Source: a virus. From it: DNA of 64,000 nt. The stretch lies in the IMG/VR virus record IMGVR_UViG_3300027822_000011; one strand, given 5' to 3'. This document shows positions 18,121-26,526 of this stretch, piece by piece. The translations under genes and the position numbers were made by a program. Within the stretch, counting starts at the first letter, position 1; each line of letters starts with the position of its first letter. A model generated the notes under the pieces. The model did no database searches and was not told where the DNA came from. It saw only the letters and a list, made by a program, of their open reading frames with translations.

Positions 18121-19031
18121 TTAATAAATCCTAAAAATTCAGCCCTGACTTTTTGTTTTTCTTTAAAAACCCCTTTAATTGATGAAGTCACCATTGTTGA
18201 AGTTTGCTGTTCAACCCCCCTGGCTGTCATGCATGAATGCCGGGCTTCAATTACACAAGCTGCCCCTTTTGGTTTCAAATATTTCATCAGTGCATTTGTG
18301 ACCTGTTCACCAATTCTTTCTTGAATCTGAAGCCGGCGAGAATAAATCTCCAAAAGCCTGGCCAATTTTGATACTCCAATTACCCTGCCATTTGGTATAT
18401 AAGCAATATGAGCAACCCCGTTAAATGGCAACATATGATGCTCACAAGTTGAATGCATTGTGATGTCCTTTAATACCACCATTTCATCACAATCATCTTC
18501 AGAAAAAGTTTTCATTATTTTTTCCGGATCCATTTCATAGCCACCATAAATCCTATCAAACGATTTAATGACCCTTTTTGGAGTTTCCACCAATCCTTCC
18601 CGGGTTATATCATCCCCTATATATTCAATCAATCGGACAACACTTGATTCAATATCATTCTCCGCTTTTGGTTCCCACCAAAAATGAATCCATTCATTTG
18701 GAAAATAACAAGCGGCAAACTGAAGATCTGGAAAAAATTTAGCCGCATGGTCTTTGATACCAAGAACCGCCACTGGATATCCATCAAATGCTTTAATGGT
18801 TTTACCTGAATCAATCAAATCATCAACAATTAAAATTTCTGATCTTTTGTATTTGGTAAAATTCTTTAATTCAATTAACGGCAAATCAAGAGAAACCCCC
18901 AAAGCAACCGCCAATGGAATACCGCCACGTGGAATTCCATAAATTGCTTTTAAATTAGTTTTTGAATTTTTTATAGCATCAAAAAGATACTCAACAGCAT
19001 CTTGAAAATCCTCTAACGAATATTCAATCAT
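18117..19031 (-). CDS. folE: Type I phosphoribosyltransferase fused to GTP cyclohydrolase I
   Basis: N-terminal GIPRGG and LIVDDLIDSGKT (PRPP loop); C-terminal STCEHHMLPF, GVSKLAR, RRLQIQE; true start at the ATGA overlap with queC. Confidence 0.9.
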   Translation of the reverse strand: MIEYSLEDFQDAVEYLFDAIKNSKTNLKAIYGIPRGGIPLAVALGVSLDLPLIELKNFTKYKRSEILIVDDLIDSGKTIKAFDGYPVAVLGIKDHAAKFFPDLQFAACYFPNEWIHFWWEPKAENDIESSVVRLIEYIGDDITREGLVETPKRVIKSFDRIYGGYEMDPEKIMKTFSEDDCDEMVVLKDITMHSTCEHHMLPFNGVAHIAYIPNGRVIGVSKLARLLEIYSRRLQIQERIGEQVTNALMKYLKPKGAACVIEARHSCMTARGVEQQTSTMVTSSIKGVFKEKQKVRAEFLGFIK

Positions 19032-19693
19032 TTTTCCTCCTGATATTGAAGTGGATCTTTGTGCCCATTCATTTGAAATGCTTCTTTTCTTTCCACACAG
19101 CTGCCACACTTTCCACAAGCCAAATCATTTGAAGAATAGCAAGTCCGTGTAGACTGATAAGGAACCCCCAATTTCATACCAATTTCAACAATTTTACTTT
19201 TTGACAAATAAAGAAATGGAGCGTATATTCCTTGTACAGTATTATCGGTACCAAAATCTATAGCCCGCCCCATATGCCAAATAAATTCTGGTCTACAATC
19301 TGGATAAATATGATGATCTCCCGCATGGACTCCAAGGGCTATTTTATCAATTTTTCTGGTTTCTGCAATCCCGGCCAAAATACTTGAAAAAATCATATTT
19401 CTGGCAGGAACAACTGTTTGTTTCATTGACTCAGCCTGATAATGTCCTTCAGGGAGGGGTCCCCCTAAATTTAGCAAAGCTGATTCAATACCAGTCATTG
19501 CCTGTGAAATATCAATTAATTTCAAATTAATTTTATAATATGCAGCTATCACTTTTGCCGCTGTATTTTCCAAATCATTATGTTTAGAACCATAATAAAA
19601 TGAAATGGCTTCAACTTCATTTCCTTTATTCAATAAATAAGCAGCTAAAGTAGTTGAATCAAGTCCACCTGATAAAGAAAGCAAATATTTCAT
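19028..19693 (-). CDS. queC: 7-cyano-7-deazaguanine (preQ0) synthase
   Basis: LSGGLDSTT, VPARNMIF, YPDCRPEF, TCY..CGKCGSC. Confidence 0.95.
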   Translation of the reverse strand: MKYLLSLSGGLDSTTLAAYLLNKGNEVEAISFYYGSKHNDLENTAAKVIAAYYKINLKLIDISQAMTGIESALLNLGGPLPEGHYQAESMKQTVVPARNMIFSSILAGIAETRKIDKIALGVHAGDHHIYPDCRPEFIWHMGRAIDFGTDNTVQGIYAPFLYLSKSKIVEIGMKLGVPYQSTRTCYSSNDLACGKCGSCVERKEAFQMNGHKDPLQYQEEK

Positions 19694-19714
19694 AAATCAT
19701 TCCTTAATAAAGAA

Positions 19715-19744
19715 ATCCCCGGAAAACACAAAGCCCCCGGGGAT
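19715..19744 (-). terminator. Intrinsic terminator-like hairpin
   Basis: 8-bp perfect stem ATCCCCGG/CCGGGGAT followed by TTCTTT on the minus strand. Confidence 0.65.
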
Positions 19745-19780
19745 CATTTAACAAACAGGGCTATTTAAACTGATAGCCGT

Positions 19781-20947
19781 CTATTTTGAAGTCTTGGCAA
19801 CCCCGTCTTGGGTTTTTTTGAAAACCCATTTCCCTTTGTCGTTTTCGGTAAGAGAGGCGTTCTTTTCCTTACGAATCCGGTTGGGAACCTGAATGTTCAA
19901 GGTCTTTTCCATTTTATCAATATCACGATCCGGAAAGGCTTTGCCCAGTTTTTTCAACAGGGTCTTTTTGCTCATAGGTTTGGAACTGATCAGGGAAACA
20001 ATAGTTGCGATCACCCCCGGCTTTTTGCCTTTCTTTTCTTTACCGGCCGGTTCAATACCAAGTTTTTTCAGCATAAGTTTTTTCAGATCACGGGCACCAT
20101 CAAGTCCTTTAAACTTTTTAGCTTTTTTCTGAATCTTTTTGAATTCATCATTACCGGCAACGAGTTCCTGTAATTCAACCAGCTTTTTGGTCCCTTTTAC
20201 CTTTTCTTCAATGGACAGGGCTTCATCATCGTTATCGTCGTTGTCATCGTCGTTGTCATCGTCGTTGTCATCATCATCATCGTTGTCATTATCGTTGTCA
20301 TCATCATCGTCGTCGTCGTCATCATCATCGTCATCATCATCATTATCATCGTCGTCGTCATTATCGTTGTCATCGTTGTCATCGTCATCGTTATCATTAT
20401 CATCGTTATCATTATCATCGTTATCATCTGATTCGGACAGACCCAGGGCGACAGCAATTTCAATTCGTAATTCCCCAACCTTTTTGCCGGATGTTTTGAT
20501 TTTTAATTTTTTTTCTTTATTAAGGGCTTTCAAATCGGCCGTTTTCATTTTCATGATATCGGCAAGGCTCAATTCATCATCACCACCAGCATCATCATCG
20601 TTATCGTCGTTGTCATCGTCGTTGTCATCGTCGTTGTCATCGTCATTGTCATCGTCGTTGTCATCGTCGTTGTCATCGTCGTTGTCATCGTCGTTGTCAT
20701 TTGGGGGATCTAAGACCTCCACTTTAAACTTTGTCAAAACTGCGGCCAATTCTTCTGAGATTTCATCATCGGTAGTCAGGCAGGCAGCAACTTGAATAAT
20801 TTTCTTTTTCACCTGCTTCAAATTCCCTTTTGTAATAACGATTTTATCATCATTGTCATCAGTCGGGTTCACGATCACCTGAAGTTCTTTACCAACCTTT
20901 TTCAATGTTTTCAAATCTTTCACATCTACTTTCGTCTTTTTAGCCAT
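19781..20947 (-). CDS. Asp/Asn-tract protein with a small helical (Rho-N/SAP-like) domain and a basic C-terminal domain
   Basis: Two D/N tracts; C-terminal KKPGVIATI...NIQVPNRIRK resembles the C-terminus of ORF 35433; AAGGAG RBS before MAKK. Confidence 0.8.
   Translation of the reverse strand: MAKKTKVDVKDLKTLKKVGKELQVIVNPTDDNDDKIVITKGNLKQVKKKIIQVAACLTTDDEISEELAAVLTKFKVEVLDPPNDNDDDNDDDNDDDNDDDNDDDNDDDNDDDNDDNDDDAGGDDELSLADIMKMKTADLKALNKEKKLKIKTSGKKVGELRIEIAVALGLSESDDNDDNDNDDNDNDDDDNDDNDNDDDDDNDDDDDDDDDDDDDDDNDNDNDDDDDNDDDNDDDNDDNDDEALSIEEKVKGTKKLVELQELVAGNDEFKKIQKKAKKFKGLDGARDLKKLMLKKLGIEPAGKEKKGKKPGVIATIVSLISSKPMSKKTLLKKLGKAFPDRDIDKMEKTLNIQVPNRIRKEKNASLTENDKGKWVFKKTQDGVAKTSK
20225..20700 (-). 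repeat. Two Asp/Asn triplet tracts (about 20225-20430 and 20590-20700), including gtcatcgtcgtt 12-mers
   Basis: Direct inspection; encodes NDDD repeats. Confidence 0.95.
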
Positions 20948-21085
20948 TTTGTTCTCCTTTTTCAAATAATAAATAAATTTCATTTGGTCATCAAATAACC
21001 ATCTGCTCTAATATAATCAATAACACTTTTTTATGATCTTTTTTCTCCTTTATTTTTTAATATTTTCCATAATTAATTTTTTATT

Positions 21086-21784
21086 TTATGGCATATCAAC
21101 CAATTTATGAATTTGTAAATTTAAAATAGCATTTAATTTAGATTTTTGCAAGCCCTGAATAATAATTTTTGATCGGTCTTTTAATTCGGCCAATAATTCT
21201 TTACCACTTACAGACTCAGGAATTGAGAGCATTGGAGAATAAGCAAACTGAGCGATACAGCCCTGAAGAAATAGCTTTTGATGAATTCCCATAGCATATG
21301 CCATGGTCATCCCATTTGGGATTATAAACTTGATAAAATCAGTCGATTTCAAATCAACAAAATGACTATCCACCATTTTTTCAATATAATTCAATTTATA
21401 ATCCATCACAATAGTGGTAACTTTAAGAACTCCAAGTGGAATAGGAAAAGACCCATTGGTTTCAATAGATATTTTTCTTTTCCCATCATCTAAAAATGCT
21501 ATCAAAGTCTGCAAAGCAGTTTTCTGCAAAAAAGGCTCACCCCCGGTAATCACAATATTGGTAGCTTGAGTAAATTTCACCCTTTCAATAATATCACCAA
21601 TTAATATTGCCTGCTCAGATTGCATTACTTGAGTTTCTTTTGCGTCACAATAATCACATTTTAAATTGCAACCCGCCAACCGAATAAAAAGACAATTAGC
21701 CCCCTGGGGGAACCCACCAACTTCTCCTGAAATACTTTCAAAAATTTCACTTACATATAAACATTTTCCATTTATTTTAGACAT
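21086..21784 (-). CDS. queE: 7-carboxy-7-deazaguanine synthase (radical SAM)
   Basis: EIFESISGE, FIRLAGCNLKCDYCD (CxxxCxxC), ITGGEP, IETNG. Confidence 0.95.
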   Translation of the reverse strand: MSKINGKCLYVSEIFESISGEVGGFPQGANCLFIRLAGCNLKCDYCDAKETQVMQSEQAILIGDIIERVKFTQATNIVITGGEPFLQKTALQTLIAFLDDGKRKISIETNGSFPIPLGVLKVTTIVMDYKLNYIEKMVDSHFVDLKSTDFIKFIIPNGMTMAYAMGIHQKLFLQGCIAQFAYSPMLSIPESVSGKELLAELKDRSKIIIQGLQKSKLNAILNLQIHKLVDMP

Positions 21785-22217
21785 CAGCCCCTCCATATTC
21801 TGAATAACCAGTATCAGTTTCATGTAATCTGATTTGAAGTTTTACCAAACCTTTCACTTCAACACTTATCTCCCTGAATAAAATATCATAAAAATCTTTT
21901 GCCATATTTTCTGCAGTCGGATTATATTTAACAAATACCACTTTTAAATCATACATATCAATAATACTGGGAATGCTACCACCTACATCAGGACAAAGCA
22001 CCAAGATATGATCAAATTTGTTAATAATTTTTTCATTAACAATCTCTTTCAGTTTCTTGAAATCAATCACCATTCCATCAACATTAAGCCCTATTGCTGT
22101 GATAATGACCTCAAGAACATATGAATGCCCATGAATGTTTTGACACTCCTTTGAATAGGATTTATTCAAAATATGCGCCATTTCAAACTTAAATTTCTTT
22201 CTAATTTTCCACATCAT
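21777..22217 (-). CDS. queD: 6-carboxytetrahydropterin synthase
   Basis: FEMAH, CQNIHGHSY, NPTAENMA, ETDT. Confidence 0.95.
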   Translation of the reverse strand: MMWKIRKKFKFEMAHILNKSYSKECQNIHGHSYVLEVIITAIGLNVDGMVIDFKKLKEIVNEKIINKFDHILVLCPDVGGSIPSIIDMYDLKVVFVKYNPTAENMAKDFYDILFREISVEVKGLVKLQIRLHETDTGYSEYGGADV

Positions 22218-22390
22218 AATTTCCTTTTTAATTTATGACTTGGTTTATACGCCCAAAATTTAGCTTGCTTTCTTGCGTAATTCTTCCCCCCTGGGTGTTC
22301 GGGTATTTGAATCCTGGCCCTTTCATGTTTAGCTGCAAACCCATAAAGAGAATCATAAATAAATTGATACATATCCTTTCGCATTATCGA

Positions 22391-22642
22391 TTAATTATCC
22401 AAACTTTTTAAAGCTTTTTCAAAATCGTTTAGTATTGATACAAGAGATAATGATGACTCAAAATTATAAAAAAGAGTAGTACCACGTTTAAAAACATTAT
22501 TCATTTCTTTTAATGAAACTATTATACGATGAAGTGACTTGCCAATTTCATTACACTTCCTTTGCATTCTTTCTTTATCATTACCATCTAATTCAACTAA
22601 CTGTTTTCTTTTTAAATTTATTTCAATGTTTGCATTTTCCAT
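22391..22642 (-). CDS. Hypothetical protein
   Basis: 83-aa ORF. Confidence 0.5.
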   Translation of the reverse strand: MENANIEINLKRKQLVELDGNDKERMQRKCNEIGKSLHRIIVSLKEMNNVFKRGTTLFYNFESSLSLVSILNDFEKALKSLDN

Positions 22643-22832
22643 TTTCCATCACTCCACATGAACAAGGTTTTAATTCAAGCATCCCTCTAACACATTCGAG
22701 AGTATGCCCTTGATCAAGCCACTTTGATCCAAGATCAATATGGTCTTCCACTTCCTATTCCCGGCATAAATTACACCAACCAAATTCCAAAAGATATCCA
22801 CTTCCGTAACTCCCACACATCTGACAAATCAT
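22623..22832 (-). pseudogene. Cys-rich small ORF interrupted by an in-frame TAG (22755-22757)
   Basis: MICQMCGSYGSGYLLEFGWCNLCRE*EVEDHIDLG...PCSCGVMENGKCKH. Confidence 0.4.
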
Positions 22833-22855
22833 TGACATTTTACACCCTTTCAATT

Positions 22856-23521
22856 TTATTTATTACATCTCAATTTTACTAATTCATTTACATACCCATA
22901 TATATGGAGGGCATGACTCATAGCACAAATTGGCCCAACACAAACACCAATTGAATCAGCCATGAACTTCTGTAAAACAGCTATTCCAGCCAAATTTGCC
23001 GGAAACCCACCCCACAGATCCCATGATCTAAAATACGGATAAAAAATTAACCGGTTATTACGAACTTTCATTCCAATATGTCGCAAACATGGTGGATCTA
23101 TTAATTTAAGACCATCACTCGGTCTGGCCACCTGAAGAATAGCCTGATTTGTATTTGGGGTCCTTTTCAACAAATTAATAAAATAATCAATTTGTTTATA
23201 AATTCTTGACCCGTAAGTATATTGCTCTCCTTCCTTTTTGGGAGAATCCATAAGATAAGGAATATATTGTTCAATATATCCTTTTTGAACTGGGGGCGGA
23301 AAGTTCAAATGAACTGGAATTTCCGGCAACATCAAATCATAAGGTTCTTTATAAGCATAATTAATTGTAGCTACCGCCATATGAAACTCAAGCCGGGTCT
23401 GCCCAACAAAAGAACCATGTTGAATTTTATAACTGAATCCTTCATCAATAATAGCACTGATTAATTGGAACCAAGCATCAGGAATATCTACAGCTTTAAT
23501 TGACGTAACTGGTAAATGCAT
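22856..23521 (-). CDS. thyA: Thymidylate synthase family protein (short form)
   Basis: YTYGSRI, PPCL catalytic Cys, RSWD, FPANL (Asn typical of dUMP-using enzymes). Confidence 0.85.
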   Translation of the reverse strand: MHLPVTSIKAVDIPDAWFQLISAIIDEGFSYKIQHGSFVGQTRLEFHMAVATINYAYKEPYDLMLPEIPVHLNFPPPVQKGYIEQYIPYLMDSPKKEGEQYTYGSRIYKQIDYFINLLKRTPNTNQAILQVARPSDGLKLIDPPCLRHIGMKVRNNRLIFYPYFRSWDLWGGFPANLAGIAVLQKFMADSIGVCVGPICAMSHALHIYGYVNELVKLRCNK

Positions 23522-23522
23522 T

Positions 23523-23807
23523 TCATTCTCCTTTTATTAAATTATGATTTATTAAATATTGATAGGCTGTTGAATCAAAAGGGTTTTCACTATACATTCC
23601 ATCTTTTTGTTCAACTTCCCATCTTCTTTTAACCGCTTCTTTAAAATCCTCAGTAATACAAATATATCGACATCTAAATTGAACAATCCATTTATCAGTA
23701 TTTCTTTTACTTGACTCTGGGTGAACATATTTGCTAATACCAGTGATTCCAGTTTGGTTATCTTTCCGCATTTTACGAGCATCTCGCAAACCCATATCAT
23801 CTTCCAA
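23523..23807 (-). CDS. AP2-like DNA-binding domain protein
   Basis: DNQTGITGIS...KW.VQ...F.EAVKRR resembles AP2/HNH-associated domains. Confidence 0.5.
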   Translation of the reverse strand: MEDDMGLRDARKMRKDNQTGITGISKYVHPESSKRNTDKWIVQFRCRYICITEDFKEAVKRRWEVEQKDGMYSENPFDSTAYQYLINHNLIKGE

Positions 23808-23809
23808 TT

Positions 23810-25396
23810 TTAAAAATAACTGCCTAAAATAGGTCTCCCCATCTGAAGTCGATGCAAAATAGTAACAACTCCTGTACCTTCCGTTTCCCTGGCTACAATT
23901 TCATTTAATCTGGCAACACCCATCATTTTCTCTTGAATAGTCATATTGATTCCAAGCATAGCAGTTACATGGTCAAGTTTTCGTCTATCCTCCGAGAAAT
24001 TAGTTTTATCTAATAATTTTTTGTTAAATCCTTCGGCATCACTTTGACTGGCTGAAATGAATAAAACATCACGATCTTGTGAAAGCCGCCGGCCCCTTTG
24101 CCATTTTTTGTTTTCCTGATCTCTAAAAGTCATATGCCTGGTATCTGGATCTGGCATAAATAAATCCAGATAATCAGCCACAATTATTTCAGGAACAAAC
24201 CCTTCTTCATCTTCTAAAATATCAAGTTCATTATCCAAAATTGACATACTTAATGATTCATTTGAATGAGTACTTATCCTTATATTTTGAAAACCGTGAA
24301 AAGGACTATAAAATTTTTTATTTTCTATATTTCTTTTTTCAATATATGATGATTTTACTAAAGGTTCAATTCTTGGTCTTTTCACATACCAAACAGCACC
24401 TTTAAAATTTCTAATTGTTTCTTTACTCCGCCGGCATTCCTGACAAGAACGATATCTTGGAAAATCAGTATGAGCCTCCCTGAGAGCAGCAAAAGTAACA
24501 TCATTTTCAAGAAAAGTTGAACCTTCTTCTTCAAATGGACTTTCTTGATCTGCCACAATTCGGCAACCCATTTCACAAGTTCCCATTTGGTTATGAACAC
24601 AATCAACCACTGGAATATATAAAACCCCGCAATATTTTTCTTGGTCTGAATTCATTGTAGCGTATATAGCCATTCTTCGTTCCATTTCAACCTGCCCCAT
24701 ATCACCTGCCTGAACTATAAATACTTTTTTACCTTGCGCTGCTCCTCGTAATCCGGCATCCATTAAATGAAAAGATTTGCCACCTTTATTTTGGGCAAGA
24801 TAAATCACAAATCCTTGTTTTACCATATGAGGGTCAAGTACCTGTCCTAAAGTACCGGGGTAATGAATTAATGATTTTTTTCTTGAAGCAAAAACTGCCT
24901 TAATTTGCTCATCACTTTTTAATGGCTCAACCGCATGAACCGTAATTATTTGAATTGGTTTGTATTCCTGGGCTGATTGCCTGGCATCATCTAAATCACC
25001 AGAATCAAGTGAACTATCAATTGATTCACATAAATTCCGTAATTTGCATTCATTTATATACTCAAGTGATCTTTCCTGCAAATATCCAACATCTTCGGGA
25101 TCCCAATCCTTCACCTCGTCTGATAAATCCTGCAAAATTTCTTCAATTATTTTTGCCTGGGCATCCTGAATTTTTCCCTTGTCCAAATGATCTTCATAAA
25201 TATCCTGTATTTTAGAACTGGGAGCTTTTTTATATTTTCTAAAATAACCTACTATCCAGGTCATTAACAATCTTGCTTCATTTGATTGAACAGATTGAAT
25301 ATCAATTATGGGTTCAAGATATGCCAAAAATTTGGTATCAATTATCATACCAATAACAATCTTTCTTTCTAATTTAATCAGTGTTTTTTCTTTCAT
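23810..25396 (-). CDS. dnaB: DnaB/gp41-like replicative helicase with a Cys-rich insertion
   Basis: Walker A AQNKGGKS, IIVADYLD, ASQS, FSED..K; helical N-terminal domain. Confidence 0.8.
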   Translation of the reverse strand: MKEKTLIKLERKIVIGMIIDTKFLAYLEPIIDIQSVQSNEARLLMTWIVGYFRKYKKAPSSKIQDIYEDHLDKGKIQDAQAKIIEEILQDLSDEVKDWDPEDVGYLQERSLEYINECKLRNLCESIDSSLDSGDLDDARQSAQEYKPIQIITVHAVEPLKSDEQIKAVFASRKKSLIHYPGTLGQVLDPHMVKQGFVIYLAQNKGGKSFHLMDAGLRGAAQGKKVFIVQAGDMGQVEMERRMAIYATMNSDQEKYCGVLYIPVVDCVHNQMGTCEMGCRIVADQESPFEEEGSTFLENDVTFAALREAHTDFPRYRSCQECRRSKETIRNFKGAVWYVKRPRIEPLVKSSYIEKRNIENKKFYSPFHGFQNIRISTHSNESLSMSILDNELDILEDEEGFVPEIIVADYLDLFMPDPDTRHMTFRDQENKKWQRGRRLSQDRDVLFISASQSDAEGFNKKLLDKTNFSEDRRKLDHVTAMLGINMTIQEKMMGVARLNEIVARETEGTGVVTILHRLQMGRPILGSYF

Positions 25397-25525
25397 TTGA
25401 AAATTTGTCCAATCGCATATACTATATAAAAGTCAAGAATAATTAAACAAACCAAAATTGGCCCCACATTACTTTTAACATTAAATTTCAAGGTAAGATA
25501 AATAAAAAAAAAACAAAAAACCATT

Positions 25526-25735
25526 TTAATCCTCCCATTCATTTAATCTTTTCTCAATTAAAGAATCAAGTTCAACTTTCATTGCTTTATACATTTTCCG
25601 TCTGGCTTTTTTTGGATTCTTTAATTTACAGTCATGAATAACTGATTCTTCAAGAACAATCTCAAATGGCTCAAATTCCTGTTCCTGAACCCTTTTTGAT
25701 ACCTGAACTGATATTTTATGATATTTAATTGCCAT
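25526..25735 (-). CDS. Hypothetical protein
   Basis: 69-aa ORF with AAGGAG RBS. Confidence 0.55.
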   Translation of the reverse strand: MAIKYHKISVQVSKRVQEQEFEPFEIVLEESVIHDCKLKNPKKARRKMYKAMKVELDSLIEKRLNEWED

Positions 25736-25830
25736 TTATTCTCCTTTACTTCAAAAAATTCATTTTAAAATTTTCAGTTTTATGATTTTCTGGCATAATC
25801 GTATATCTTTTCAATTGAAAAACCAAGTAA

Positions 25831-26526
25831 TCAATAAAATTTATTTATCTTAATTTCAACCTTTCTATAGGTTTTTAACAAATGAATTGGCCTGCCGTGC
25901 ACCATATCCATAAGTCGTGACATTATCCTTGAATATTCTTTTTTCCTGGTAATCTGTTCTATATCATAATTTGTAGTAACTATCGTTTTTCTATTTTCCT
26001 GGTATCTGGTGTCAATTATTTGATCTAAAATTTCTAAAGTAAAATCTGTATTCTTTTCAATTCCAAGGTCATCAAGTATCAACCATTTACAATGAGAAAC
26101 CTTTTTAACCAAAGAATCAAATTGCCATAAACCATTATCTGGATCCCGATCGTTGTTTTTTATCAATCGGCGTAATTCAATAAAAAGATCAGCTACTCTA
26201 AAAAATCTTGTATTATGATCAAGGTAAAACCAAGATTTTTTTTTTGATAATAAAACCAAAGCACATGCATAAAAAGTTTTACCAGTACCTGGCTTTCCAT
26301 AAAAAAATGCAGACTGATTAATTAATTTTTTTAATTTGTGATAATTATCAATTTCAAAATTTGGATAAAATGCAATTAACTCCCTTGCAATTTTTAATGG
26401 AAATCGTTTGATTATATATTTTTTAAATCTTTCATGTGAACTTAAATCTTCATCATCTTGAATAACCAGTTCAGGTTTATACCCTGGATCAGCATCAAAT
26501 ACGTTTTCTATCTCCATTTTAATCAT
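25831..26526 (-). CDS. DnaC/IstB-like ATPase (helicase loader)
   Basis: YGKPGTGKT, LILDDLGIE, IDTRY..RKTIVTTN, RIMSRL. Confidence 0.85.
   Translation of the reverse strand: MIKMEIENVFDADPGYKPELVIQDDEDLSSHERFKKYIIKRFPLKIARELIAFYPNFEIDNYHKLKKLINQSAFFYGKPGTGKTFYACALVLLSKKKSWFYLDHNTRFFRVADLFIELRRLIKNNDRDPDNGLWQFDSLVKKVSHCKWLILDDLGIEKNTDFTLEILDQIIDTRYQENRKTIVTTNYDIEQITRKKEYSRIMSRLMDMVHGRPIHLLKTYRKVEIKINKFY

Noticed and set aside
20225-20700. Possible CRISPR-like or satellite array
   Set aside because: Units are 3-12 bp, contiguous and in-frame, with no unique spacers.
25400-25440. Sigma70 promoter before dnaB (TTGACT)
   Set aside because: No acceptable -10 box at 16-18 bp spacing.
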